Source: a virus (Duplodnaviria; Caudoviricetes). Taken from it: 64,000 bases of DNA. The notes beneath the pieces are model-generated. The model was not told the DNA's origin. It ran no database searches and saw only the letters and a program-made list of their open reading frames with translations. Position numbers and translations under genes: made by a program. How positions within the stretch are numbered: the first letter of the stretch is position 1; each line of letters begins with the position of its first letter. The DNA lies in IMG/VR virus record IMGVR_UViG_2836968376_000001; one strand, written 5' to 3'. Of this stretch, positions 38,290 to 48,840 are shown in pieces.

Positions 38290-40152
38290 TTAATCGGTAA
38301 TCGTGAAGTTTAATATCAGTTCATGGGAAACGGTTCGCGTATTCACCCAGGCTAAACCGAATTTAGCGGTAAGCGCCAGATTCCCCAACGCTCCGTTCGC
38401 GCCGAGCGTTCCCAACGGGACTTCCGACGCGAGATCACCCGTATAAACAGGCGTTTCCCGGTCAACCGCCGTCCAGCCCGAACCGGATGTTTTGCTGATT
38501 CCCACGCCGAGCGCGATTCCGCTTCCGGTCTGCGCCGCGGTCAGGCTGTTCCAGTCCAAATAGGACGTGGGGGCGGCGTCACCGATGCCGGATGTCGCTT
38601 TCAGGTCCGCGACGGAAACCCGGACGGGGAAAGTGGAATGGTTGGTAATCGGAATATCTGGCGCGGTGAACGGCGTGTTGCTGTTTGGGTCGATTGAATA
38701 GCCGATACTGACCGGATGTGTGACAGATACCAGCTCGTCCACAGGATAATGAGCAACGGATAAAATATTCTCGGCCTTGTCTACGGCGGCAATATGAATG
38801 TAAAAGCTGCCTCCGGATGGACGGGAAAAAGTATAGCTGTTTGATGTCGTTGTAATGCTCCCGTCCGGGACGGTATCGGGACTGTTGTCCACTACGATAG
38901 AATAGTCTTTCATCCCTGTTTTCAAAGAAGCGGAAACAACCGGGGAATCGTATTTCACGCCGTCGTTCTGCCCTGTGGCCTCCACATAGTATTGATAGCC
39001 GGTCGCGTTGTCCTGAGAAGAATAATTGACGGTGTACTGTGTCCGTTCGGAATTGTGCGTAACGCCAGAAATGGTCGGTTCATCCGGCGCGTCCAAATCC
39101 TGACCTTTATGATCGTTCCAGCTTGTGTCGGTCGTAATCTGAGCGAGGTAAAACAGGGTGTCGGCCGTAACGCGCTGTTCGTCAGACGTAGCTTCACCGT
39201 TGGAATGGCCAGCCTGAATCATGGCACAGTTCGACCAGCTTGTCAGATAAAAGGTGTTGGTGCCCTGCCCGCCGGAGCCGGTGGCCTCCGCGCTATTTTG
39301 GTAAGTGTAGGGCTGCTGATACGTCATCCAAACATCCCCGAAAGCAAGTTGATTGGAATGGGACATCGGGACGTTCAGGACCGTACCGACGTCCCCGATT
39401 TTCCACGGGTAATTGGTGAGCAGGCCCTTTTTGGCAACTTTGATCTGTGTGCCGCCGAGTACCGTGTATTTTGGGATGGTCTGAATATTGCAGTAGTGAG
39501 CAAGCTTGTAGAAATTCGGCATTGAAATTCGGTCGTTGCTCACCATTGTGTCATGCCCGAACAGGACGCCTCGACCGGTTTTGATAAAGGCATCAGTTTT
39601 ACTCTCCGCAGTAACAGATAAATCCTGACTGCCGTTGGAATCCCACGCTCCGAAATACAGCACGTCGTATTTGTAGCTGCCGTCCGCGTTTTTCAGATAA
39701 GCGTCCGGGCTGGCGTTGAAATCCGAGATCGAAACAGCGTCCACGGAAATGAGGCCCTTGCCGTAGCCTTTGGAATCGTACTCGTTCGGCGTTTCCATCC
39801 ACATTTTGAGGGATGCCGACTTCGGCAGGGTGTAGCTTTTGCCCTGCCACGTTGTAAAGGAAACGGTCGGCGTGACAACAGGATAGATGTTCAGAACCTT
39901 CGCGCGATCTTTTGCGGGAATGCTCTGAAAGGTTGATTCATGCGCGGATTTGGAATAGAGCATATAGCTGTATGGCTGGCTTTTGTCGCTGTTTGTCCAG
40001 TTCAGCGCCACATAGTTCCCGGGCGGGTTCGGCGTCGCGGTCAGCGACAGAACCGATGCGGCGGAGGCCGCGAATGCGGGTGAAGCGCCGGACAGCAGAA
40101 TCCCGGCAGTAAGCAGAGGGACGAGAAAAAGCCGCCTGAATGATTGCTTCAA
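38290..40152 (-). CDS. Large secreted protein (DUF5057-like core) with C-terminal pilin-like domain; putative tip adhesin
   Basis: TTG start after GAAAGGAGG; signal peptide ..ASPAFA; last ~145 aa homologous to 40221-40811. Confidence 0.8.
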   Translation of the reverse strand: MKQSFRRLFLVPLLTAGILLSGASPAFAASAASVLSLTATPNPPGNYVALNWTNSDKSQPYSYMLYSKSAHESTFQSIPAKDRAKVLNIYPVVTPTVSFTTWQGKSYTLPKSASLKMWMETPNEYDSKGYGKGLISVDAVSISDFNASPDAYLKNADGSYKYDVLYFGAWDSNGSQDLSVTAESKTDAFIKTGRGVLFGHDTMVSNDRISMPNFYKLAHYCNIQTIPKYTVLGGTQIKVAKKGLLTNYPWKIGDVGTVLNVPMSHSNQLAFGDVWMTYQQPYTYQNSAEATGSGGQGTNTFYLTSWSNCAMIQAGHSNGEATSDEQRVTADTLFYLAQITTDTSWNDHKGQDLDAPDEPTISGVTHNSERTQYTVNYSSQDNATGYQYYVEATGQNDGVKYDSPVVSASLKTGMKDYSIVVDNSPDTVPDGSITTTSNSYTFSRPSGGSFYIHIAAVDKAENILSVAHYPVDELVSVTHPVSIGYSIDPNSNTPFTAPDIPITNHSTFPVRVSVADLKATSGIGDAAPTSYLDWNSLTAAQTGSGIALGVGISKTSGSGWTAVDRETPVYTGDLASEVPLGTLGANGALGNLALTAKFGLAWVNTRTVSHELILNFTITD

Positions 40153-40220
40153 ATAGAAACCCTCCTTTCGGCGTGGAAGGTTGGCCGGGAAAATCCCGGC
40201 CAATTCCCGCGCTTCTGTTC

Positions 40221-40811
40221 TTATGTGAGCTGGAACTGGAAAACAAGCTGATGGTTTGCCGTGTACGCCCCGTCGAACGCAAGACCGTAGTCCGCCGTCA
40301 GGGACAGCGCGCCGGAAGTGTTCGGATTCAGCGTTCCGACCTGTAATGGCGAATCGCTCACCGCCCAATGGGTGGATGTGCTGTACCCGCTGTTCCAGCC
40401 GGAATTGCCTTTTGCCGCAATGCCGAGCGCGATGTACTTTTTGGAATCCGCGAGGTTGAGCGAACGCCACGCTTTTGCGGACGGATCGACGTCGGTGAAG
40501 GTAAGAGAGCCACCCGAAGCGGCTTTCAGGGATTCCACCGTGGCAATCACAGCGACTTTGGTGTTGTTGGTCACTTTGATGTCAGGCGCGGTAAAGGTTT
40601 CGGCGTCCGGGCTGATGGCGTAGGCCACGTTGATCGGGTGTGTGACAGAAATAGTCAGCGGCGAGATGGAGCCGTTGATCGTCACATTCCCCGTAATGTT
40701 GCCTGTGCCGGTGTCGGTTTTGTCGGCGGCGAACGCCGGGACTGCCGCCGTCACGCCGAGCACGGCAAAGGTGATGATACCTGCGAGGACCTTTCTGAGT
40801 TTGCTTTTCAT
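40221..40811 (-). CDS. Secreted beta-rich protein; putative major pilin
   Basis: Signal peptide ..VPAFA-A; no LPxTG or TM anchor; AAGGAGG RBS. Confidence 0.8.
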   Translation of the reverse strand: MKSKLRKVLAGIITFAVLGVTAAVPAFAADKTDTGTGNITGNVTINGSISPLTISVTHPINVAYAISPDAETFTAPDIKVTNNTKVAVIATVESLKAASGGSLTFTDVDPSAKAWRSLNLADSKKYIALGIAAKGNSGWNSGYSTSTHWAVSDSPLQVGTLNPNTSGALSLTADYGLAFDGAYTANHQLVFQFQLT

Positions 40812-40859
40812 TGAGAAGCCTCCTTATGAACTTTTATATCAACCGGACTATCCGGCTGA

Positions 40860-41447
40860 TTACGAAACGGAAAGACGGATTTTGTAGTAGGCCATTCCGA
40901 GGTAAGCCTTGGTATCCTTGTTGTAATACCGGATGGTCGCCGTCACACTGTGATTCCCGGATGAAACCTGACGGGACAGGGTAAGCCCGTCGATGTGCTG
41001 CCCCGGATAGATCGGCGCGGATTTCGCCACGGTTTCGCCGTTCAACACGATTTCACACTGCATAATGACGGTATTGGAAGACGGATTCTCCACTTCCCAT
41101 GTACCGGAAGTCCCTTTCGACCCGTTGAGGAAGGACGCCTGTGCGCTCACCTTGTCGGTGACGGTGACTTCCTGTTTTTGAAGTCGGGACAGGATTTCCT
41201 GCCGCGACGGGGTGCTGCTACTCCCCGGCTCCGCGCTTCCGGCATCGTCCAGAGACGGAGCGGACGACGAGGGAACGGAACTGGAAGGCGGCGGGTTCGG
41301 ACAGGGGTGCTGATTTCCGCAGCTTCGCAGCAGGAGAAGTAATAGAAGCAGCAACAGCAATAGAAGCGCAAGAATGTACGGCCATTTGCGTTTTCGCTTT
41401 TCATCCTCCTTTTTACCTTTGCTTTCGTTGATTTTTTCAGTTGTCAT
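40860..41447 (-). CDS. Membrane-anchored Ig-like protein; putative assembly chaperone/anchor
   Basis: Basic N-terminus, poly-Leu TM, RSC, Pro/Ser linker, ENPSSN..I.L..SAPIYPG domain. Confidence 0.8.
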   Translation of the reverse strand: MTTEKINESKGKKEDEKRKRKWPYILALLLLLLLLLLLLLRSCGNQHPCPNPPPSSSVPSSSAPSLDDAGSAEPGSSSTPSRQEILSRLQKQEVTVTDKVSAQASFLNGSKGTSGTWEVENPSSNTVIMQCEIVLNGETVAKSAPIYPGQHIDGLTLSRQVSSGNHSVTATIRYYNKDTKAYLGMAYYKIRLSVS

Positions 41448-41514
41448 GCGGTTTCCTCCATTCATTCAGACATGAAAAAAGGCGTCCCTTTCGGAACGCC
41501 TGAAACGACGGTTA

Positions 41515-42450
41515 TTATCTTTCCTGATCTCGCTGCCGCTTTTTCTGCCATCCGTCCAGCAGCCGGATAATGACCTGTTCCATCTGCTGCGGGGTATACG
41601 ACTTGGGGAAATATTTTTGGAGCTTATCCGCTTTGATGGTCAGATCGTTTTTCTCCGGCTTCTTTTCCTCCGACATGATCGCCAGCATACTGTCTTCGTT
41701 CAAGTGGCCCTCCGCGCTGAACTTTTTCAGCCGCTGGGCCTGCGAGAGCGAGGGGGTGGCCTGTTCGCTTTCGATGGTGTCGAGCAAAAGCGTCTGTTCC
41801 TCCGGTTTGAGATACGACAGCTCCACGGCGGGGGTCATGGCAATTTTCTTGTCGTCCACCATCTGCTGAAGCTGCGGCGTCAGCTCGTTCAGCCGGATAA
41901 AACGCTGCACCTGCCTGCCGCTTTCACCGGCTTCTCTCCCCACAAGTTCAGCACTTTCTAAAGTTTCCAACTTCCCGACAACTTGTCGGGAAGTTAAATC
42001 CGTCCTCGCACCTTGCCGTTTTATGGCCTCTAACTTCATTTTATACGCTTTAGCCCGTTCGCTCGGCAGGATGTTTTCACGCTGAATATTGCTGTCAACC
42101 ATAATAATGGTCGCGGCGTCATCATCCAGAGTGCGGACAATGACCGGCATGGTGGGAAGCCCCGCCAGCTCACAGGCGTGTTTGCGCCGGTGGCCGGAAA
42201 TAAGCTCATAGCCGCCGTCCGCGCGGGGACGGACAATGGCGGGAACCAACACACCGTATTCCTTAATACTCTCCACGGTTTCTTTCATGGAATCATCGTC
42301 CCGCACCTGAAACGGGTGGTCGGGAAACGGGTACAGTTCCGAAAGCGGCATATCCGTGACCTTTTCGCGTTTGGCGTCCTCACGGGTTTCCTCCGTGGAG
42401 AAAATATCATCGTAGCTGTTCAGACTTATGTTTTTGGCGCTGCTTTTCAA
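41515..42450 (-). CDS. parB: ParB-family partition protein
   Basis: HPF, GVL.P.IVRP, YELISGHRR, VDSN.QRE. Confidence 0.92.
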   Translation of the reverse strand: MKSSAKNISLNSYDDIFSTEETREDAKREKVTDMPLSELYPFPDHPFQVRDDDSMKETVESIKEYGVLVPAIVRPRADGGYELISGHRRKHACELAGLPTMPVIVRTLDDDAATIIMVDSNIQRENILPSERAKAYKMKLEAIKRQGARTDLTSRQVVGKLETLESAELVGREAGESGRQVQRFIRLNELTPQLQQMVDDKKIAMTPAVELSYLKPEEQTLLLDTIESEQATPSLSQAQRLKKFSAEGHLNEDSMLAIMSEEKKPEKNDLTIKADKLQKYFPKSYTPQQMEQVIIRLLDGWQKKRQRDQER

Positions 42451-43225
42451 TCTTCAACACCTCCTTTGTCAGCTCCCGATACGCCTCGGCAACCTTACCC
42501 TTTGGGTCGTGGGCGAAAATACTCCTGCCCTCCGCGCTGATCTCAGCGGCGCGGACTGAATGTGGAATCTCCACGTCGAATACTTTCAGCTTTGAGCCGT
42601 AGGTGTCCCGCAGCAGGGCGCTGATTTCTTTGGCATAGTTGGTACGGCTGTCTACCATCGTCAGCAGAATACCATCGATTTTGAGCTTCGGATTGATCTG
42701 CCGCCGCACCTTGTTGATTGTCTGCAAAAGCTGTTCGAGGCCCTTGGCCGGAAGGTACTGCGCTTGAACGGGAATGAGCACGCTGTCGGCTGCGGCCAGA
42801 GCGTTAACGGTCAGCATTCCCAGTGAGGGCATACAGTCCAAAAGCACATAGTCGTATTGCCGTTTTACGCCGTCCAGATACTGCTTCAGGATTTTTTCAC
42901 GGCTCATGGCATTGACGAGCGATACCTCCATACCGGAAAGCTCGATATTGGCGGGCATGAGATCAATGCCCTCGTCGTGATGAAGAAGGCCCTCTTTGGG
43001 GTCAATGGCTTCTTCGGTGAGAACCTTGCCCATTACCGTTGCCAGCGTCACGGATAGTTGATCAGGCTGGGGATTACCCAAACTGATTGTCAGAGAGCCC
43101 TGTGGGTCGCTGTCCACCAGCAGCACCTTTTTTCCTTCCTGCGCCAGCCCGATGCCAAGATTGGCGCAGGTCGTGGTCTTACCGACACCGCCCTTTTGAT
43201 TGGTGACGGCAATTACATTGGTCAT
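42407..43225 (-). CDS. parA: ParA/Soj-family ATPase
   Basis: NQKGGVGKTTT, D.DPQG, DC.PSLG. Confidence 0.95.
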   Translation of the reverse strand: MTNVIAVTNQKGGVGKTTTCANLGIGLAQEGKKVLLVDSDPQGSLTISLGNPQPDQLSVTLATVMGKVLTEEAIDPKEGLLHHDEGIDLMPANIELSGMEVSLVNAMSREKILKQYLDGVKRQYDYVLLDCMPSLGMLTVNALAAADSVLIPVQAQYLPAKGLEQLLQTINKVRRQINPKLKIDGILLTMVDSRTNYAKEISALLRDTYGSKLKVFDVEIPHSVRAAEISAEGRSIFAHDPKGKVAEAYRELTKEVLKIEKQRQKHKSEQLR

Positions 43226-43722
43226 GTGACTTTTCACCTCCTGAAACAAAAAAGGACGTTCCCTTTCACGGAACGCCCTTAAAATATGATGAAGTTATTC
43301 AATTTTTAGGAGTAAATACTGCTTCTTAATTGCCCGTAAGCCCTTGATATTACTGACTTTTTTGAATAAATGCCGTAAGAATACTCGCACCAAATCATTA
43401 CTCAAAAAGTGATACAATGATAGCCACCTTGAAAAAGGTGGCTTTGTTGTTTTTATGGCTATTTCACTGGACTTTCTGGGTCTTTGACCCTGAAAAGGTG
43501 CTCGCTCCTGCGGCATAAGCCTTGATTTTCCACTGTTGACTGCAATCGTTATCACTGATTTTTGCACACCTTTGTTGGGGTGTGCATTTTTGTTATGGGG
43601 GTGCGCAAAGTCCTTTTTATGGTACCGGTCAGGTAATATAATTAGAAAGTGGAAACATGCTCTTGCAATTGTTCGACATGTAGAATATACTAAACTCTAT
43701 ACTGGTACAAGGTGGTAAAACA

Positions 43723-43905
43723 ATGGAATATATTACAGCACAAGAAGCTGCTGATAAGTGGAGCATTACAAGGCGGCGTGTCCAGATTTTATGTGTTAAC
43801 GGACGAATCGAAGGTGCTATAAAAATGGCAAATTTATGGCTGATACCTAAAGATGCAGAAAAACCCGCCGATGGCAGATTGCTGAGATATAAAGACCGTG
43901 GATAG
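43723..43905 (+). CDS. Small excisionase-like HTH protein
   Basis: Y.T..EAA.KW.I..RRVQ.LC..GRI.GA..W.IP. Confidence 0.8.
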   Translation: MEYITAQEAADKWSITRRRVQILCVNGRIEGAIKMANLWLIPKDAEKPADGRLLRYKDRG

Positions 43906-43938
43906 TTTAAAGATTAAATGAAATGTGGAGGAAATGAT

Positions 43939-45894
43939 ATGCCGGAATCTTTAATAGAAATGCTTCCAAAAATTGTAGCGGAAGGAAAAAAAGAAGTCGA
44001 GCAAATTATGGAACGCTTAGAAAGTCCTTATAAACTAGGACTTCAAACAAATGAATATGTCGTTCCGTCAAAAGCACAGGGCGACTTATTTAATGTAGTA
44101 AAATATCCGCAGGAGCAGCAGGAATGGACAAACCGTCTTATTTATGGAGACAACCTTTTAACTATGCAGGCGTTGCTTGCAGGCGATGAAGAAAGCGGGC
44201 TTCCTTCCATGCGTGGAAAAATTGATTTGATTTATATTGACCCGCCGTTTGACAGCAAGGCGGATTACCGAACAAAAATCAAGCTTCCAAGCGGTGACCT
44301 AGAACAGAAACCTTCAGTAATTGAGCAATCAGCATATGCTGATACTTGGAAAGATGGTACAGTTAGCTACTTAAGAATGTTATATCCTAGATTGGTATTA
44401 ATTAAGGAGCTGATGTCAGAAAAAGGAAGTCTTTATGTTCATTTGGATTGGCATATTGGACATTATGTTAAACTGCTTTTAGATGATATTTTTGGGAAGC
44501 AAAATTTTGTCAATGAAATCGTTTGGGGATATAAAGACATTGGTTCACGTGCGGTATCATATTTTAAGAAAAAACATGATGTGCTTTATCTGTATCAAAA
44601 GTCTGATAATAGGATATTTAATATCCAAAGGCAAAAATTATCAGATAGTACCATGCAACGATATGGTTCATACTTTGATAAGAATGGTTATATTACTTAT
44701 AGATGGCTGAAAAATAATAATCCTGGCGTTTTTGCAAAACTAAAAGGTCAACCAGAAAATTTAGATCAGCCTTGGCTTGATATTAACAATGGGCAACCTT
44801 TATCAGATTGGTGGGATGATATTTCCCCGCTTAAGAGCCATTTTAACGAATCTACAGGCTACGATACTCAAAAACCGGAAGCACTTCTTGAACGAATTAT
44901 AAAGTCATCCTCAAATGAAGATTCGATTATTGCGGACTTTTTCGCAGGCTCCGGCACAACAGGTGCAGTTGCCGAAAGACTCGGACACCGATGGATTATG
45001 TCTGATTTGGGAAAACCAGCTTGCATGATTATGAGGAAACGGCTTGTTGATATGAATGCAAAGCCATACTTATATCAGGCGGTTGGAGAATATCAAAAAG
45101 AGGTTTTTGCATCTAATAAGATTTATAAACGTGTGGGAGATTTGGCCACTGTAGTTTTGGGCCTTTATGGAGCAATACCATTTACAAAGGAACAATGTCC
45201 TTCGCGTAATCTTGGCTACATAAAAGGCGGGAAAACACTTGTAATTGTCGACTCCCCCAATAAACTGACTGGTGCCTCGAGCATTAAAAAGGCTCAAGAG
45301 CTACGTGAAACTTATCTCGGTGGGTGGGATAAAGTCATTGTACTTGGCTGGAATTTTAGCTTCGATATTGGGCGCATCTTGCAGGAATTGCAAAATAAAG
45401 ATAATCGTATTGAAGTGCAAGTTATTCCTCCGGATTTACTTGAAAAGTTGACAAAAAAGTCAGGATATGAAAAGCTAGTCAAAAGCGGTGAAATCCGTTT
45501 TTCAAGTCTACAGTATCTTACAATTAAGTCCGTACAAAAGATTGACTACGGAGAAGATACAGAGAAACTCACAATCATGCTCGATAATTATATTCTTCTG
45601 TCACCGGACGCTCTGCCACTAGAGGATAAGTACAAACAGGCTCTACAAGAAATTATGGCAAATGACCCTCTTTCCCTCATTGAATACTGGAGTATTGACC
45701 CAGATTATGATGGAGAGACTTTTGTAAGCGTTTGGCAGGATTACAGAGAAAACGAAGATACGGATAGTGATGCGTTTAAGGTAGTAAATCAGACAACTCT
45801 TACGGTAACAAAGAAACAAGGGAAACGCACAGTATGTGTAAAAGCAGTCGACATATTTGGCTTTGAAAGCATAGCCACACAGGAGGTACAGTAA
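43939..45894 (+). CDS. mod: Type III R-M methyltransferase
   Basis: LIYGDNL, YIDPPF, TQKPE.LL.RII, DFFAGSGTT. Confidence 0.92.
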   Translation: MPESLIEMLPKIVAEGKKEVEQIMERLESPYKLGLQTNEYVVPSKAQGDLFNVVKYPQEQQEWTNRLIYGDNLLTMQALLAGDEESGLPSMRGKIDLIYIDPPFDSKADYRTKIKLPSGDLEQKPSVIEQSAYADTWKDGTVSYLRMLYPRLVLIKELMSEKGSLYVHLDWHIGHYVKLLLDDIFGKQNFVNEIVWGYKDIGSRAVSYFKKKHDVLYLYQKSDNRIFNIQRQKLSDSTMQRYGSYFDKNGYITYRWLKNNNPGVFAKLKGQPENLDQPWLDINNGQPLSDWWDDISPLKSHFNESTGYDTQKPEALLERIIKSSSNEDSIIADFFAGSGTTGAVAERLGHRWIMSDLGKPACMIMRKRLVDMNAKPYLYQAVGEYQKEVFASNKIYKRVGDLATVVLGLYGAIPFTKEQCPSRNLGYIKGGKTLVIVDSPNKLTGASSIKKAQELRETYLGGWDKVIVLGWNFSFDIGRILQELQNKDNRIEVQVIPPDLLEKLTKKSGYEKLVKSGEIRFSSLQYLTIKSVQKIDYGEDTEKLTIMLDNYILLSPDALPLEDKYKQALQEIMANDPLSLIEYWSIDPDYDGETFVSVWQDYRENEDTDSDAFKVVNQTTLTVTKKQGKRTVCVKAVDIFGFESIATQEVQ

Positions 45895-45895
45895 T

Positions 45896-48838
45896 ATGCC
45901 TAACATGAAAAATACTGGTACCGGAGACATCCCTCTCAAATTTGCGATACGATTGACGCAAATTGTGAATGAATCGTATGAATCAGGCGAAATGCTTGAA
46001 AAAGTTACAGCGGTAACAAAAGATTTACTCAGATATTGGTTTAACCCTGCTTTTACTGAAACACGGCCATATAATTTTCATGTGGGACAGCGGCAAGCAA
46101 TTTTAAATATCATTTATGTACATGAAATTCTAAAGGCAAAAAACGTATTTAATATGTACGAAATGGTAGATGATGAATTGCTTGCAGAGCTTGGTGTTGC
46201 GGAAGTCAGCGCTGAAAAATATAACTGTCCAAAATATGCTGTTAAAATGGCAACAGGTACTGGTAAAACATGGGTTATGCACGCACTTATGATTTGGCAG
46301 TATTTGAATGCAAAACATGAGGACATGCCATCAGACCTATATTCAAAAAACTTTTTACTTGTAGCTCCGGGCTTGATAGTATATGAGCGGTTGCTGGACG
46401 CTTATCTTGGTAAAGAAAATGAGGATGGAATCCGAAACTTTGAAACTTCTGATTTTTATAAATTTCAGCAGTTACTTATTCCAGATGCCTACAAAAATGC
46501 TCTTTTTGCCTTTATTCAGAATAATGTGGTTAAAAAAGAGGAAATCGGTAAAAAGATAACCGGGGATGGCATGGTTGCAATTACAAACTGGCACTTGCTG
46601 GCTGGCGGGGATGAAGAATCCGAAGACGAAAATGATGATCCGTTTGCTAATCCGGCCGCTATCATAAAAGACCTGTTGCCAATAACGCCGGGTACAACCG
46701 CTGGACATACTCTTGAATCGCTGGACAACCGTTATTTTAGCGGAAGTGAAATTGAATATCTTTCGAACCTTAAGGATATTGTCGTATTTAACGATGAAGC
46801 GCATCATATCCATGAAAACAAGGTGGACGGTGAAGATATTGAGGTTAAGTGGCAGCAGAGTCTGTTGAAAATTGCTGAACATAAAGGTGACCAATATACA
46901 CAGGTGGACTTTTCTGCTACACCCTATAATGAAACAGGTGGGGGCAAAAACCGGACAAAGCATTATTTCCCGCATATTGTGGTGGATTTTGATTTAAAAA
47001 CTGCCATTCGGAAAGGGCTTGTTAAGACAATTGTATTAGATAAGCGCAATCAAATTGCATCACAGGATCTTGCGGAGCTGGATTTTAGGGCTGAACGGAA
47101 CGGAAATACAGTTATTGGACTCTCCCAAGGACAAAAAGTGATGCTTCGCGCAGGTTTGCAAAAATTGCAAATTCTTGAGCAACAGTTCTTGGAATATGCT
47201 GATAAAAAGAAATATCCTAAAATGCTCGTCATGTGTGAAAATACACAGGTATCCCCTTTTGTTGTAGATTACCTCAAAAATTACGAGGGTTTGGCGGAAA
47301 ATGATATACTACAGATCGATTCGGATAAAAAGGGTAATATTCCTCCTGATGAGTGGAACGAAATCAAGCAAAAGCTTTTCAATATTGATGCCTTATCAAA
47401 ACCTAAGGTTATTGTTTCCGTTCTCATGTTGCGTGAAGGCTTTGATGTGAACAATATCTGCGTCATTGTACCTCTGCGTGCAAATTCGGCTTCTATTCTA
47501 TTGGAGCAGACGGTTGGCAGAGGCTTACGGCTTATGTGGCGTGAACCTGATTATCAGGATATTAAAGAGGAAAACCGAATCCGCTTACTCAAAGAAAAAA
47601 AATCTCCAACGAATTATTTCGATATTCTAAGTATTGTAGAGCATCCGGCTTTTATGGATTTCTATAACGACTTAATTGATGATGGCTCTGTTATAGAAGT
47701 CGATGAAATGAAAAATGATAAGAAGAGTATTGTCGGAGATATTATCGACGTGCCATTAAAATCGGATTATAAGGGGTATGATCTCTTTTTCCCAATTATA
47801 ATAAAAGATAAAGAAGAAACCATAGTCAGTGGTAAACTGTCTTTGGATAAAATGGAAAGTTATCATACATTTTCTTTCGATACTCTTAAGAAATTTACAT
47901 CTCAGAAAGATGATACTTTTTACTCAGAAGAGATAACGGTTAAAACAAGGTTTGGCAACTACATTGTCAGTGCACAGGTATTTGATGCAAAAAGCTATAA
48001 TGATTTTATTGCAAAAATCATTGGAGCAATTTCAACGTCCATTGAGCGTGTAGGTATACGTAAAAAAGAAAGCTTTCCCTTTATGCAGATAAATACTGCC
48101 GAACTTGCCGGAGTAATAGATACCTATATTCGCACTAAATTGTTTGGAAAACTTTTCAATCCTTTTGAAGATAACAATTGGCGTGTGCTTTTGCTTAGAA
48201 AGTCCTTGATTGTGGAGCATGTTATTAAAGAAGTTAGCAAGGCAATTTATGAGATGCAGAATAACATTGAAGTAAAAGATGCAGTTATATTAAAAAAATA
48301 TTTTTCAGAAATTGGTTCCATGAAAATGCGTGAGAATTATTCTATCCCAGTTGCAAAGTCCATTTATGAAAGGCTGCCGTATCCAAGCAACAAGGGTGAA
48401 TATGAGAGAGCGTTTATGGAGTATTGCGACAATGATTCTCAAACTGAATCTTTAATAAAAATTAAAGAGAATTATCATACTTTTGCGTATTTAAATTATA
48501 TCCGAGATGATGGTATGATTTCACACTACTTCCCCGATTTTATGGTCAAGCTCGGCGATAAAATTTATCTTGTTGAAACCAAAGCGCAGAAGGATGCAAA
48601 TAATGTAAATGTACGCAGCAAAGAAAAATCTGCGCTTGACTGGATAAGAAAAATAAATGAACTAAAGCCAGAAGACCGAATGAATTGTAAGTGGGAATAC
48701 GTTCTCGTAAGCGACTCGCTATTTTATCAATTCAAAAACAATGGCGCGTCAATCTCAGAGATTCTTGAATATGCAAAATTAACTCAGAATACAACGGATA
48801 ACGGGCAAATAGCATTTTTTAATGAAGGAGCAGAATAA
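45896..48838 (+). CDS. res: Type III R-M restriction subunit
   Basis: MATGTGKT, DEAHH, FSATP, LREGFD, QTVGRGLR, PDF..VETK. Confidence 0.92.
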   Translation: MPNMKNTGTGDIPLKFAIRLTQIVNESYESGEMLEKVTAVTKDLLRYWFNPAFTETRPYNFHVGQRQAILNIIYVHEILKAKNVFNMYEMVDDELLAELGVAEVSAEKYNCPKYAVKMATGTGKTWVMHALMIWQYLNAKHEDMPSDLYSKNFLLVAPGLIVYERLLDAYLGKENEDGIRNFETSDFYKFQQLLIPDAYKNALFAFIQNNVVKKEEIGKKITGDGMVAITNWHLLAGGDEESEDENDDPFANPAAIIKDLLPITPGTTAGHTLESLDNRYFSGSEIEYLSNLKDIVVFNDEAHHIHENKVDGEDIEVKWQQSLLKIAEHKGDQYTQVDFSATPYNETGGGKNRTKHYFPHIVVDFDLKTAIRKGLVKTIVLDKRNQIASQDLAELDFRAERNGNTVIGLSQGQKVMLRAGLQKLQILEQQFLEYADKKKYPKMLVMCENTQVSPFVVDYLKNYEGLAENDILQIDSDKKGNIPPDEWNEIKQKLFNIDALSKPKVIVSVLMLREGFDVNNICVIVPLRANSASILLEQTVGRGLRLMWREPDYQDIKEENRIRLLKEKKSPTNYFDILSIVEHPAFMDFYNDLIDDGSVIEVDEMKNDKKSIVGDIIDVPLKSDYKGYDLFFPIIIKDKEETIVSGKLSLDKMESYHTFSFDTLKKFTSQKDDTFYSEEITVKTRFGNYIVSAQVFDAKSYNDFIAKIIGAISTSIERVGIRKKESFPFMQINTAELAGVIDTYIRTKLFGKLFNPFEDNNWRVLLLRKSLIVEHVIKEVSKAIYEMQNNIEVKDAVILKKYFSEIGSMKMRENYSIPVAKSIYERLPYPSNKGEYERAFMEYCDNDSQTESLIKIKENYHTFAYLNYIRDDGMISHYFPDFMVKLGDKIYLVETKAQKDANNVNVRSKEKSALDWIRKINELKPEDRMNCKWEYVLVSDSLFYQFKNNGASISEILEYAKLTQNTTDNGQIAFFNEGAE

Positions 48839-48840
48839 CT

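Larger units (their letters stand above)
36611..43610 (-). mobile_element. Internally deleted ICE remnant
   Basis: parA-parB-cargo-rep order fused directly to recombinase C-half; no relaxase or T4SS; right boundary approximate. Confidence 0.75.

Noticed and set aside
40153-40470. N-terminal 106 aa of the 726-aa ORF call
   Set aside because: Overlaps the upstream gene; RBS and signal peptide indicate a TTG start at 40152
41325-41375. Poly-Leu stretch as a phase-variable microsatellite
   Set aside because: Codons are mixed (CTT/CTA/TTG/CTG/CTC), consistent with an ordinary TM helix
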